Part shown: positions 1 through 8,350 of the stretch, piece after piece
Layout of the letters: each line of letters starts with the position of its first letter
How positions within the stretch are numbered: the first letter of the stretch is position 1
Origin: Kineococcus radiotolerans SRS30216 = ATCC BAA-149
Lineage (GTDB): Bacteria; Actinomycetota; Actinomycetes; Actinomycetales; Kineococcaceae
Direction: 5' to 3'
DNA: 32,000 bases
Assembly: GCF_000017305.1 (NCBI RefSeq)
Contig: NC_009664.2
Coordinates: forward strand, 660,001-692,000
Program-made: the position numbers and the translations under genes
Notes under the pieces: model-generated
Told to the model about the DNA's origin: nothing
Seen by the model: the letters and a program-made list of their open reading frames with translations, nothing else
Databases searched by the model: none

Positions 1-1148
1 AACGTGGACAGCCCCAGCCCGCGCCGCTGCGCGGAACTCAGCACCGTCACGGCCAGGGCGCCGGACTGGCTGAACAGCCCGAACCGGCCGGGCCGGGGGA
101 CCTCCTCGGCCAGGGAGGCGTTCAGCCGGACCGCGGGGTCGGTGTTGACCACGCCGAAGGAGTTGGGGCCGATGACGCGCATGCCGTTGGCCCGGGCGAT
201 CCGGACCAGTTCCCGCTGCAGTTCCGCCCCCTCGGGCCCGGTCTCGGCGAAACCGGACGAGACGACCACGATGCCCCGCACACCCACTGCGGCGCAGTCG
301 TTCACGACGTCGATGACGGAGGCCGGCGCGACCGCGACGACGGCCAGGTCGACCCGGTCGGGCAGGTCGCGCACCGAGGCCAGCAACGGGATCCCGAGGA
401 GTTCCTCCCCGGCCCCGGCGGCGTTCACCGCGTGCACGGCGCCGGCGAAGTCCCCGGCGACGAGGTCGGCCAGCAGGCGGTGCCCGACCGTCCCCGGGGT
501 GCGCCGCGCCCCGACGACCACGACCGAGGAGGGGGTGAGGAGGGCGGCGACGCTGCGGGCCTCGGCCCGCTGCTCGCGGGCCCGCATGACGTCCAGGGAG
601 CGCTCGGTGGGGTCGATGTCGAAGGAGACCTCGAGGACGCCGTCGGAGTAGCCCTGGCGGACCTCGAAACCGGCCTCGCGGAAGACGCCGATCATCTTGG
701 CGTTGGTGGGCAGCACGTCGGCGGTGAAGCGGCGGATCCCGCGCTCGCGGGCGGCGGCGACCAGGTGCTCCAGCAGGACGGAGCCGAGCCCGCGGCCCTG
801 GTGGGCGTCGGAGATGTTGAAGGCGACCTCGGCCGAGCGCGGGCGGCCGGGCCGGACGGGGGCGGCGTCGAAGCGGGCGATGCCGACGATGTCCTCGCCG
901 ATGGTCGCCACCAGCGCCACCCGGTCCACGTGGTCGACCTGGGTGAAGCGGGCCAGGTCGCGCCGGGACAGGCGCGGCAGCGGGGCGAAGAAGCGGAAGT
1001 AGCGGGACTCCTCGGACTGGCGGACGTGGAAGGCGGCCACGAGGTCGGCGTCGTCGGGCCGGATGGGGCGCACGTGCGCGGTGCCGCCGTCGCGCAGCGC
1101 CACGTCGGCCTCCCACCGGGTCGGGTACCCCACGGGTGGCAGCGGCAT
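1..1148 (-). CDS. Pat-type protein lysine acetyltransferase: an N-terminal GNAT domain fused to an NDP-forming acyl-CoA-synthetase-like (CoA-binding / succinyl-CoA-ligase-like) region. Only the 5' part is present; the gene runs off the left edge.
   Basis: Not in the ORF track because it is open at the window edge. My reverse-strand translation starts at ATG 1148-1146. It reads MPLPPVGYPTRWEADVALRDGGTAHVRPIRPDDADLVAAFHVRQSEESRYFRFF...ISDAHQGRGLGSVLLEHLVAAARERGIRRFTADVLPTNAKMIGVFREAGF (GNAT core). It continues ...SSVVVVGARRTPGTVGHRLL...VDLAVVAVAPASVIDVVNDCAAVGVRGIVVVSSGFAETG...MRVIGPNSFGVVN (CoA-binding fold). There is no stop down to position 2. Confidence 0.8.
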   Translation of the reverse strand, partial: MPLPPVGYPTRWEADVALRDGGTAHVRPIRPDDADLVAAFHVRQSEESRYFRFFAPLPRLSRRDLARFTQVDHVDRVALVATIGEDIVGIARFDAAPVRPGRPRSAEVAFNISDAHQGRGLGSVLLEHLVAAARERGIRRFTADVLPTNAKMIGVFREAGFEVRQGYSDGVLEVSFDIDPTERSLDVMRAREQRAEARSVAALLTPSSVVVVGARRTPGTVGHRLLADLVAGDFAGAVHAVNAAGAGEELLGIPLLASVRDLPDRVDLAVVAVAPASVIDVVNDCAAVGVRGIVVVSSGFAETGPEGAELQRELVRIARANGMRVIGPNSFGVVNTDPAVRLNASLAEEVPRPGRFGLFSQSGALAVTVLSSAQRRGLGLST

Positions 1149-1155
1149 GATGCTG

Positions 1156-1161
1156 ATCCTA
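1156..1161 (-). promoter_or_regulatory. Candidate -10 box TAGGAT, 7 nt upstream of the Pat ATG (leaderless-type promoter)
   Basis: The minus strand reads TAGGAT-cagcatc-ATG. It matches the actinobacterial TANNNT -10 consensus at the spacing expected when the TSS coincides with the start codon. No Shine-Dalgarno sequence is present. Confidence 0.5.
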
Positions 1162-1181
1162 GGGCGAGCGCGGTCGGCGGG

Positions 1182-1802
1182 GTGAGGGACGTGGAGTTCG
1201 GGGAGGTCCTGGCGCGGCGGCGGATGGTGCGCCGCTACGACGGGCGGCCGGTCGGGGACGAGGCGCTGGAGCGGGTGCTGTCCGCGGGGCTGCGCGCCCC
1301 GAGCGCGGGCAACAGCCAGGGCCGGGATCTGCTGGTCCTGCGCACCGCCGCCGAGCGCGCCCGGTTCTGGGCCGCCACCGCGGGCCCCGGACCGGGCGAC
1401 GCCTGGCTGGCGGGCATGCGCACCGCGCCGGTCCTGGTGCTGCTGCTGGCCGACCCGGGCGCCTACGCCCGCCGCTACGCCGCCCCCGACAAGCCCGGCC
1501 CCGACCGGGACGCGGGCACCTGGGAGGTGTCCTGGCCCGACGTCGACACCGGGATGTCGGGGCTGCTGCTGCTGCTGGCGGCGGTCGAGGAGGGCCTGGG
1601 GGCGTGCCTGTTCGGGGTGCCCGCCGCGGCCCGCGCGGGGGTGCGGGAGGCGTTCGCGGTGCCCGCGGACCGCCGCCTGGTCGCGGTGGTCAGCCTGGGG
1701 CACCCCGCCCCGGGCGAGGTGTCCCGGCCCTCGCGCCGGCACCGGCGGACCCTGGCCGACACCGCCCACGCCGGCCGGTTCGGCGTGCCCTGGGGCGGTT
1801 AG
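1182..1802 (+). CDS. Nitroreductase family protein
   Basis: This is the C-terminal part of track ORF 432..1802. VRDVEFGEVLARRRMVRRYDGRPVGDEALERVLSAGLRAPSAGNSQGRDLLVL...GMSGLLLLLAAVEEGLGACLFG is typical of the nitroreductase fold (RRS.R.F-like N-terminus, PS..N.Q). The GTG at 1182 is in frame; the GTG at 1191 is an alternative. The upstream 250 aa of the track ORF is Gly/Asp/His-rich nonsense antisense to the Pat gene. Confidence 0.8.
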   Translation: MRDVEFGEVLARRRMVRRYDGRPVGDEALERVLSAGLRAPSAGNSQGRDLLVLRTAAERARFWAATAGPGPGDAWLAGMRTAPVLVLLLADPGAYARRYAAPDKPGPDRDAGTWEVSWPDVDTGMSGLLLLLAAVEEGLGACLFGVPAAARAGVREAFAVPADRRLVAVVSLGHPAPGEVSRPSRRHRRTLADTAHAGRFGVPWGG

Positions 1803-1848
1803 GGCGCGCCGGGGGCGCACGCGGACGCGGGGTGTCGCACGGGGACGG

Positions 1849-1854
1849 CAGAAT
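1849..1854 (+). promoter_or_regulatory. Candidate -10-like box CAGAAT, 6 nt upstream of the parC ATG
   Basis: The sequence reads CAGAAT-gcgggc-ATG(1861). A at position 2 and T at position 6 are conserved. There is no SD. AKR has a near-identical arrangement at 30601. Confidence 0.4.
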
Positions 1855-1860
1855 GCGGGC

Positions 1861-4341
1861 ATGCCTCGCAGGACCGCACCTCCGCCGCCGCCCGACGTCC
1901 CGGAACGGATCGTCGACATCGACGTCGAGCAGGAGATGCAGGGGGCGTTCCTCGAGTACGCCTACTCCGTCATCTACTCGCGCGCGCTGCCCGACGCCCG
2001 CGACGGCCTCAAGCCCGTCCAGCGCCGGATCCTGTACATGATGCAGGACATGGGCCTGGTGCCCACCCGGGCGCACGTGAAGTCCGCCCGCGTGGTCGGG
2101 GAGGTGATGGGCAAGCTGCACCCCCACGGCGACGTCGCCATCTACGACGCGCTGGTCCGCCAGGCCCAGCCGTTCACGATGCGGCTGCCGCTGGTGGACG
2201 GGCACGGCAACTTCGGCTCCCTCGACGCCGGTCCCGCGGCCCAGCGCTACACCGAGGCGCGGATGGCGCCCGCGGCGCTGCTGATGACGACGGGCCTGGA
2301 CGAGGACGTCGTCGACTTCGTCCCCAACTACGACGACCGCCTCACCGAACCCGGCGTGCTGCCGGCGGCGTTCCCGAACCTGCTGGTCAACGGGGCCAGC
2401 GGCATCGCCGTCGGGATGGCGACGAACATGCCGCCGCACAACCTGGTCGAGGTCGTCAACGCGGCCCGCCACCTCCTGAAGCACCCCGACGCGGACCTGC
2501 CCGCGCTCATGCGCTTCGTGCCGGGCCCGGACTTCCCCACCGGCGGGCGCGTCGTCGGCCTGGAGGGCATCCGGGACGCCTACGCCACCGGGCGCGGCTC
2601 GTTCCGCACCCGCGCCAGCGTGCGGATCGAGAAGATCGGGCGCCGCCAGGGGATCGTCGTCACGGAACTGCCCTACGGCGCGGGTCCCGAGCGCCTCATC
2701 GAGAAGATCGCCGACAACGTCAAGAACAAGAAGCTGCAGGGCGTCGCCGACGTCACCGACCTCTCCGACCGCCACCACGGCATGCGCCTGGTCATCGAGG
2801 TGAAGAACGGTTTCGTCCCCGAGGCCGTCCTGGAGCAGCTGTACCGGCTGACCCCGATGGAGGAGTCGTTCGGCATCAACAACGTGGCCCTCGTCGAGGG
2901 GCAGCCGCGGACGCTGGGGCTGAAGGAACTCCTCGAGGTGTTCATCGGCCACCGCGTCGACGTGGTGCGCCGGCGGACGCGGTTCCGGCTCGGCAAGGCC
3001 CAGGACCGCCTCCACCTGGTCGACGGGCTGCTCACCGCCATCGTCGACATCGACGAGGTCATCGCGATCGTCCGCTCCTCCGACGACGCGCAGGCCGCGC
3101 TGGCCCGCCTGACGGAGCGGTTCTCCCTCTCGGAGGCCCAGGGGCGCTACATCCTCGACATGCAGCTGCGACGGCTGACCCGCTTCTCCCGCATCGAGCT
3201 GGAGCGCGAGCAGGCCGAGCTGCGGGCGACGATCGCGCAGCTGCAGGCGATCCTCGACGACGAGGGCCGGCTGCGGGGGCTGGTCGGCGACGAGCTCGCC
3301 GCGGTGGCCGCCGAGCACGGGACCCCGCGCCGCACGGTGCTGCTGACGTCCTCCGGGCCGGCGAGCGGCGCGGCGCCGACGCAGCTGGAGATCGGCGACG
3401 ACCCGTGCTGGGTGCTGCTCTCCTCGGCGGGGCTGCTGGCGCGGACGGGGTCGGCGGAACCGCTGGGCACCGAGGGCCGCCGCAGCCGGCACGACCTGGT
3501 GGTGGCCGCCGCCCCGGCGACCGCCCGGGGCCACGTCGGCGTGCTCACCTCCGCGGGGCGGCTGGTGCGGGTGCCGGTGCTGGACCTGCCCGTGCTGCCC
3601 GAGACGGCCGGGCGGCCGAACCTGGCCGGCGGGACGGGGGTGAAGGAGTTCGTCACCTTCGGCAAGGGCGAGCGGGCGCTGACGATCGTCCCGCTGCCGG
3701 TGACGGGGGTCGAGGACCCCGACGACCCCGGGTTCGCCCTCGCCACCGCCGGCGGCGTCGTCAAGCGCGTCGTGCTGGACCCCCTCGGCAACCGCGAGGA
3801 GGTCGAGGTGATCACCCTCAAGGACCTCGGTCCGCGCCAGCGCGACGAGGTCGTGGCCGCGGTGGGGCTGACCACCGGCGAGGAGGAGCTGGTGTTCGTC
3901 ACCTCCGACGCCCAGCTGCTGCGGTTCCCGGCGGCGCTGGTGCGCCCCCAGGGCCGGGCCGCGGCGGGCATGGCCGGGATCAAGCTCTCGGCCGGGGCCC
4001 GGGTCGTGGCGATGACGGCGGTGGCGCCCGACGCGGTGGACCCGGTGGTGGTGACCGTCGCCGGCGACTCCACCAGCGGCGTCTCCCAGCTCGGGTCGGT
4101 GAAGGTGACGCCGCTGGCGGAGTACCCGCCCAAGGGCCGGGCCACCGGCGGGGTCCGCTGCCACCGCTTCGCCCGCGGGGAGGACGTCCTGCTCCTGGCC
4201 TGGGCGGGGCAGGGGCCCGCGGAGGCGGCGACGAGCACGGGGACGGCCGTGGCGCTGCCCGACGTCCCGGGCCGGCGCGACGGCTCCGGCACCGCGGTGG
4301 ACCGCCCGATCGCGGCGATCGCGGGACCGCCGCAGGTCTGA
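1861..4341 (+). CDS. parC: Type IIA DNA topoisomerase subunit A, most likely topoisomerase IV subunit A (ParC)
   Basis: 826 aa. The N-terminus [43 protein letters not shown] is characteristic. Other matches are HPHGD, the catalytic Tyr context [32 protein letters not shown] and a C-terminal beta-pinwheel-like region. It is not adjacent to its B subunit, and it lies in the hrdB neighbourhood as parC/parE do in Streptomyces. Confidence 0.85.
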   Translation: MPRRTAPPPPPDVPERIVDIDVEQEMQGAFLEYAYSVIYSRALPDARDGLKPVQRRILYMMQDMGLVPTRAHVKSARVVGEVMGKLHPHGDVAIYDALVRQAQPFTMRLPLVDGHGNFGSLDAGPAAQRYTEARMAPAALLMTTGLDEDVVDFVPNYDDRLTEPGVLPAAFPNLLVNGASGIAVGMATNMPPHNLVEVVNAARHLLKHPDADLPALMRFVPGPDFPTGGRVVGLEGIRDAYATGRGSFRTRASVRIEKIGRRQGIVVTELPYGAGPERLIEKIADNVKNKKLQGVADVTDLSDRHHGMRLVIEVKNGFVPEAVLEQLYRLTPMEESFGINNVALVEGQPRTLGLKELLEVFIGHRVDVVRRRTRFRLGKAQDRLHLVDGLLTAIVDIDEVIAIVRSSDDAQAALARLTERFSLSEAQGRYILDMQLRRLTRFSRIELEREQAELRATIAQLQAILDDEGRLRGLVGDELAAVAAEHGTPRRTVLLTSSGPASGAAPTQLEIGDDPCWVLLSSAGLLARTGSAEPLGTEGRRSRHDLVVAAAPATARGHVGVLTSAGRLVRVPVLDLPVLPETAGRPNLAGGTGVKEFVTFGKGERALTIVPLPVTGVEDPDDPGFALATAGGVVKRVVLDPLGNREEVEVITLKDLGPRQRDEVVAAVGLTTGEEELVFVTSDAQLLRFPAALVRPQGRAAAGMAGIKLSAGARVVAMTAVAPDAVDPVVVTVAGDSTSGVSQLGSVKVTPLAEYPPKGRATGGVRCHRFARGEDVLLLAWAGQGPAEAATSTGTAVALPDVPGRRDGSGTAVDRPIAAIAGPPQV

Positions 4342-4342
4342 G

Positions 4343-4376
4343 CCGGCCGGGGGCGGTGCGCACCGCCCCCGGCCGG
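4343..4376. terminator. Bidirectional hairpin terminator between the convergent parC and LLM oxidoreductase genes
   Basis: Perfect 34-nt palindrome CCGGCCGGGGGCGGTGC|GCACCGCCCCCGGCCGG (17-bp arms). It starts 2 nt after the parC TGA and ends 2 nt before the stop of the minus-strand gene. No U-tract. Confidence 0.7.
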
Positions 4377-4378
4377 GG

Positions 4379-5284
4379 TCAGCCGATCAGGGCGTGGGCC
4401 AGGTCGCCCCACTGGGCCAGCGGGAAGTCGTCGCCGGAGGCGGTGAGCACCTGCACGGCGACCTCGTCGGCGTCGACGTGGCGGGCGATCCCGGCCACCA
4501 CGGTGGCGGTGGAACCCCACGGGACGAGCTCGTCGACGAGGCGGTCGCTGCCGCCGTCGGCGAAGTCCTCGTCGCCGTAGCCGAAGCGGCGCAGGTTGGT
4601 GGTGTAGTTCGGCAGGGTGAGGTACCCGGTGGTGTGGCGCCGGGCGATCTCGCGGGCCCGGGCCGGGTCCTCCTCCAGGACGACGGCGACCTCGGGGGCC
4701 AGCAGCACCCCCTCCCCCAGCACCTGGCGCGCCCAGGCGGTGTGCGCGGGGGTGGTGAAGTACGGGTGCGCGCCCAGGGCGCGGTCGCGCGCCAGGCGGA
4801 GCATCCGCGGGCCCAGCGCCGCCAGCACGCGCCGCGCGGGCGGGACGGACCCCGCGGCGTCGAGGGCGTCGAGGTGCTCGACGGCGCGCGAGTAGGGCCG
4901 GGCGTAGTCCACCCCCGACCGCTCGACGATGGCGGCGTGGCTGTTGCCGAGCCCCAGCAGGAACCGGCCGGGGTGCTCGCGCTCCAGCTCGGCGGCCCCC
5001 CGCCCGGTCTCCTCGGGGGTGGCGGCGTAGACGCTGATGATGCCGCTGGCGACGCCGATCTCCTCGGTGGCCCCCAGCAGCAGCCCGAACACCGGGTGCA
5101 CCCCGGGGTCGAAGCCCCCGGACAGCCAGATCCGGGAGTACCCGAAGGCCTCCACCTCGCGGGCGGCCGCGCGGGCCTCGTCGCGGCGGGCGGGGTCGGC
5201 CCAGGGGGCGCCGCCCCAGAGGCCGATGCGGGCGCGGGCGCGGGCGGCGGGCACGGTGCCGGCGGGGACGGGGAGGTCGCTCAC
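4379..5284 (-). CDS. Luciferase-like monooxygenase (LLM) class oxidoreductase, probably F420-dependent
   Basis: 301 aa. Key segments are ...AREVEAFGYSRIWLSGGFDPG...GVASGIISVYAATPEE...GRFLLGLGNSH...PRMLRLARDRALGAHPYFTTPAHTAWARQVLG...LAPEVAVVLEEDPARAREIARRH...LPNYTTNLRRFGY. This is the TIM-barrel LLM pattern. Start is the GTG at 5284. Confidence 0.75.
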   Translation of the reverse strand: MSDLPVPAGTVPAARARARIGLWGGAPWADPARRDEARAAAREVEAFGYSRIWLSGGFDPGVHPVFGLLLGATEEIGVASGIISVYAATPEETGRGAAELEREHPGRFLLGLGNSHAAIVERSGVDYARPYSRAVEHLDALDAAGSVPPARRVLAALGPRMLRLARDRALGAHPYFTTPAHTAWARQVLGEGVLLAPEVAVVLEEDPARAREIARRHTTGYLTLPNYTTNLRRFGYGDEDFADGGSDRLVDELVPWGSTATVVAGIARHVDADEVAVQVLTASGDDFPLAQWGDLAHALIG

Positions 5285-5290
5285 GCCGCC

Positions 5291-5296
5291 ACCCTA
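5291..5296 (-). promoter_or_regulatory. Candidate -10 box TAGGGT, 6 nt upstream of the LLM GTG (leaderless-type)
   Basis: The minus strand reads TAGGGT-ggcggc-GTG(5284). It matches TANNNT. No SD. Confidence 0.5.
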
Positions 5297-5344
5297 GGCA
5301 CGGCGCCCGCGCGGCGCCCGGCTGGCCAGGGCCGGGGCCGGCGC

Positions 5345-5356
5345 GGTAGGCCTACC
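5345..5356. promoter_or_regulatory. Perfect 12-bp palindrome GGTAGGCCTACC, 4 nt upstream of the M20 ATG
   Basis: Read directly: gcGGTAGGCCTACCtgccATG(5361). It is a TA-containing palindrome in an otherwise GC-only divergent intergenic region of 76 bp. Confidence 0.35.
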
Positions 5357-5360
5357 TGCC

Positions 5361-6704
5361 ATGGCTGAGCAGACGAGCGACCCCGCGCGCCCGACCCGAC
5401 CCGACCCGGCCTACCTGGACGCGGTGCGGGCCGGGATCGAGCGGGCCGCGGCCACCGCGACGCCGCTGACGAGCGGGTACGCCGGCGCCGCGGAGGCGCT
5501 GCGGGCGGAGGCGGAGGCGGCGGTCGAGGCGGCCGGTCCCGAGCTGCTCGCCCTCAGCCACGACCTGCACGCCCACCCGGAGGAGGCCTTCGCCGAGCAC
5601 CGCTCGGTGCGGGCGCTCGCGGACCTGCTGGCGCGCCACGGGGTCGAGGCCGCGGTCGGCGTGCACGGCCTGGGCACCGCGCTGCGGGCGCAGGTCGGTG
5701 GCGGGGACGGGCCGGTCGTGGCCGTCCTGGCCGAGTACGACGCCCTGCCCGGCATCGGGCACGGCTGCGGGCACAACGTCATCGGCGCGGCCGCGGTGGG
5801 GGCGTTCCTGGGGCTGGCCCGCGCCCTGCGGTCGGGCGGGGTGGCCGGGACCGCGGTCCTGCTCGGCACCCCCGCCGAGGAGGGCGGGGGCGGCAAGGAG
5901 ACGATGGCGCGCGAGGGCGCCTTCGCGGGCGTGGACGCGGTCGTCATGCTGCACCCGTTCAGCTACGACGTGGCCGTGCAGCCCTTCCTCGGCCGCCGCC
6001 AGGTGCGGGCCACCTACACCGGGGTCCCCGCGCACGCCTCGGCGCAGCCGTTCATGGGCCGCAACGCCCTGGACGCCGTGGTCGCCGGCTACCAGGGGAT
6101 CGCGATGCTGCGCCAGCACGTCCCGCCCACCGACCGCGTCCACGGCATCGTCCTCGACGGCGGGCAGCGCCCGAACGTCGTCCCGGCCACGGCCGTCTCG
6201 GAGTACTACGTGCGCTCGGCCGAACCGGCGACGTTGACCGACCTGTGCGCCCGGGTGGACACGATCCTGCGCGCCGCGGCGGCGATGACCGGGTGCGGGG
6301 TGGAGCTGGAGTGGGACCGCGCCCCCGCCTACCTGCCGATCCGGGCGAACCGGGAGATGGCCGCGCGCTGGACGCTCCACCAGCGGCGGCGGGGCCGGAC
6401 CTCGCTGCCGCCGGGGATCGTCCCGGAGACCCTCGCCGGGTCCACCGACCTCGGCAACGTCAGCGTCCGGGTCCCCTCGATCCACCCGATGCTCGCCGTG
6501 GCCGGTCCGGGCCTGTCGCTGCACACCGCGGAGTTCGCGGCCGCCGCGGGTTCGCCCTCGGGCGACGCCGGGGTCCTCGACGGGGCGGTGGGGCTGGCGC
6601 TGACCGCGCTGGACCTGCTGGCCGACGCGGACCTGCTCGCCGCGGTGCGGGCGGAGTTCGAGGCGGCGGGCGGCGTCCTCGACGTGGAGGCGTTCCTGGC
6701 CTGA
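5361..6704 (+). CDS. M20 family metallopeptidase / amidohydrolase (M20D, AbgB/HipO-like)
   Basis: 447 aa. Key segments are LSHDLHAHPEEAFAEHRS, VAVLAEYDALPGIGHGCGHNVIG, LGTPAEEGGGGK, a dimerisation-domain-like middle region and GSTDLGNVS near the C-terminus. Confidence 0.8.
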   Translation: MAEQTSDPARPTRPDPAYLDAVRAGIERAAATATPLTSGYAGAAEALRAEAEAAVEAAGPELLALSHDLHAHPEEAFAEHRSVRALADLLARHGVEAAVGVHGLGTALRAQVGGGDGPVVAVLAEYDALPGIGHGCGHNVIGAAAVGAFLGLARALRSGGVAGTAVLLGTPAEEGGGGKETMAREGAFAGVDAVVMLHPFSYDVAVQPFLGRRQVRATYTGVPAHASAQPFMGRNALDAVVAGYQGIAMLRQHVPPTDRVHGIVLDGGQRPNVVPATAVSEYYVRSAEPATLTDLCARVDTILRAAAAMTGCGVELEWDRAPAYLPIRANREMAARWTLHQRRRGRTSLPPGIVPETLAGSTDLGNVSVRVPSIHPMLAVAGPGLSLHTAEFAAAAGSPSGDAGVLDGAVGLALTALDLLADADLLAAVRAEFEAAGGVLDVEAFLA

Positions 6705-6795
6705 GCCCGGCGCGGCCCCGGCCGGGCGCGCGGGAGGGCGCGGCGGGCGCCGGCGAGGTTGGCGCCCGGTGCCCGGTGCCGGGACGGTCCACCGG

Positions 6796-8265
6796 TCAGG
6801 CGAACTCCAGGCCGGGGCCGGCGACGGGGCGGTACCGCAACCCGATGACGTCCAGCGGGTAGTTCTGGTGCAGCCGCCACGGCGTCGCCGCGCCCTGCTG
6901 CGGGAGCTTCCCGGCGGCGCGGCGCACGTACCCGGCGTCGAGGTCGATGAGCGGACGGCGCTCGGCGGTGGGGGGTTCCCCCGGGGTGACGACGCGGTGG
7001 CCGCGGCGGGTCATGAACCCCAGCAGCCGGCACACGTGCTCGGTGACGAGGTCGACCTTCAGCGTCCAGGACGCGTTGGTGTAGCCGAGGGCGAAGGCCA
7101 GGTTCGGCACGCCGGAGAGCATCATCCCCCGGTGGACGACCCGGTCGGCGGGGTCGACGGGAACCCCGTCCACGGCGAGGTCCATCCCGCCGAGGAACAG
7201 CAGGTCGAGACCGGTGGCGGTGACGACGACGTCGGCGGGCAGGTCCCTCCCGGAGGTGAGCCGGATCCCGTCGGGGGTGAAGGTGTCGATCCCGTCGGTG
7301 ACCACCGACGCCGTCCCCGCCCGCAGGGCGCGGAAGAGGTCCCCGTCGGGGACGACGCAGAGGCGCTGGTCCCACGGGTCGTGGGCCGGGCCGAAGTGGC
7401 GGTCGACGTCGAACCCGGCGGGCAGCGCCGCCGCGGCGCGCTCGCGCAGCAGGCGGCGGGCGCTCTGCGGCCGGCGGCGGGCGAACTGGTAGCTCGCGGT
7501 GGCCAGCGCCACGTTCTTCGCCCGCACCAGGACGTGGGCGAGCCCCTCGGGCACCCTGCCGCGCAACCGGTCCGCGAGGTGGTCGCGGGAGGGCAGCGCC
7601 ACGACCCAGCTCGGGGACCGCTGCAGCATCGTGACGTGCGCGGCGTCGCGGGCCAGGTTGGGGACGAGGGTGACCGCGGTGGCGCCGCTGCCGATGACGA
7701 CGACCCGCTTCCCCGCGGTGTCGAGGTCGGCGGGCCAGTGCTGCGGGTGCACCACCCGGCCCCGGAAGTCCGCCACGCCGGGGAACCGGGGGGTGTGGCC
7801 CCGGTCGTAGCGGTAGTAGCCGGTGCAGCTCAGCAGGAACCCGCACGTCATGCGCACGGTCTGCGACCCGCCGCCGGGGGCGGGGCGTTCCACGAGGAGG
7901 GTCCAGCGGGCGGTGGCGGTGGAGAAGTGCGCGCTGAGGACCCGGTGGTGGAAGCGGATCCGCTCGTCGACGCCGAACTCGCGCGCGGTGTCCGCGACGT
8001 ACTCGCGGATGGAGGCCCCGTCGGCGATGGCCCTCGCCCCGCGCCAGGGCCGGAAGGAGTACCCCAGGGTGTGCATGTCGGAGTCCGAGCGGACGCCGGG
8101 GTAGCGGAACAGGTCCCAGGTGCCGCCGGTGGTCCCCCGCGCCTCCAGGACGGCGAACGTCGTCGCGGGCAGGCGCCGGCGGAGCTGGCAGGCGGCCCCG
8201 ATCCCGGACAGCCCGGCCCCGACGACGAGCACGTCGACGTGCTCGGGCGCCGCCGCGGTGTCCAC
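6796..8265 (-). CDS. Type I Baeyer-Villiger (flavin-containing) monooxygenase
   Basis: This is the C-terminal 489 aa of track ORF 6796..9237. Motifs present are the Rossmann motif VLVVGAGLSGIG, GGTWDLFRYPGVRSD, the BVMO fingerprint FRGRVVHPQHWP (FxGxxxHxxxWP) and a second Rossmann motif VVVIGSGATA. The GTG at 8265 is in frame and preceded by GGAGAG with a 7-nt spacer. The upstream part of the track ORF overlaps the next gene in another frame. Confidence 0.85.
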   Translation of the reverse strand: MDTAAAPEHVDVLVVGAGLSGIGAACQLRRRLPATTFAVLEARGTTGGTWDLFRYPGVRSDSDMHTLGYSFRPWRGARAIADGASIREYVADTAREFGVDERIRFHHRVLSAHFSTATARWTLLVERPAPGGGSQTVRMTCGFLLSCTGYYRYDRGHTPRFPGVADFRGRVVHPQHWPADLDTAGKRVVVIGSGATAVTLVPNLARDAAHVTMLQRSPSWVVALPSRDHLADRLRGRVPEGLAHVLVRAKNVALATASYQFARRRPQSARRLLRERAAAALPAGFDVDRHFGPAHDPWDQRLCVVPDGDLFRALRAGTASVVTDGIDTFTPDGIRLTSGRDLPADVVVTATGLDLLFLGGMDLAVDGVPVDPADRVVHRGMMLSGVPNLAFALGYTNASWTLKVDLVTEHVCRLLGFMTRRGHRVVTPGEPPTAERRPLIDLDAGYVRRAAGKLPQQGAATPWRLHQNYPLDVIGLRYRPVAGPGLEFA

Positions 8266-8350
8266 GCCCCCACTCTCCGAGGTGGGGCCGGTCCCGGCAA
8301 CAGGGGCCGGGGCGGTGACGAGGGCGGTGAGGGAGACGGCCGGGGACGCG

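Noticed and set aside
1690-4164. 824-aa ORF antisense to parC. Similar very long antisense or out-of-frame ORFs include 432..1802 (N-terminal part), 3147..4520, 6329..7846, 6769..8577, 9529..11271, 10898..12880, 12492..15233, 12547..14163, 14998..17061, 16777..19134, 20070..22061, 23232..24422, 25230..26714, 26584..28260 and 26660..28966.
   Set aside because: Their translations are Arg/Gly/Pro/Ala/His-rich low-complexity strings with no recognisable domains. Each lies opposite to, or out of frame with, a gene whose product has clear family motifs. Long stop-free alternative frames are expected at about 74% GC.
1861-4341. Calling the topoisomerase pair gyrA/gyrB instead of parC/parE
   Set aside because: In actinobacteria gyrB-gyrA are normally adjacent and near dnaA/oriC. 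Here the two subunit genes are 12.5 kb apart on opposite strands and flank hrdB, as the second type IIA pair does in Streptomyces. This is inference from synteny, not proof. Phylogeny or the GyrA-box in the C-terminal domain would decide it.
6745-6795. Terminator between the convergent M20 and BVMO genes (GGGCGCC-N9-GGCGCCC; tandem CCCGGTG x2; CCGGTG-N11-CACCGG)
   Set aside because: The stems are only 6-7 bp and several alternatives compete. This is much weaker than the perfect palindromes at the other convergent junctions, so I did not call a feature.
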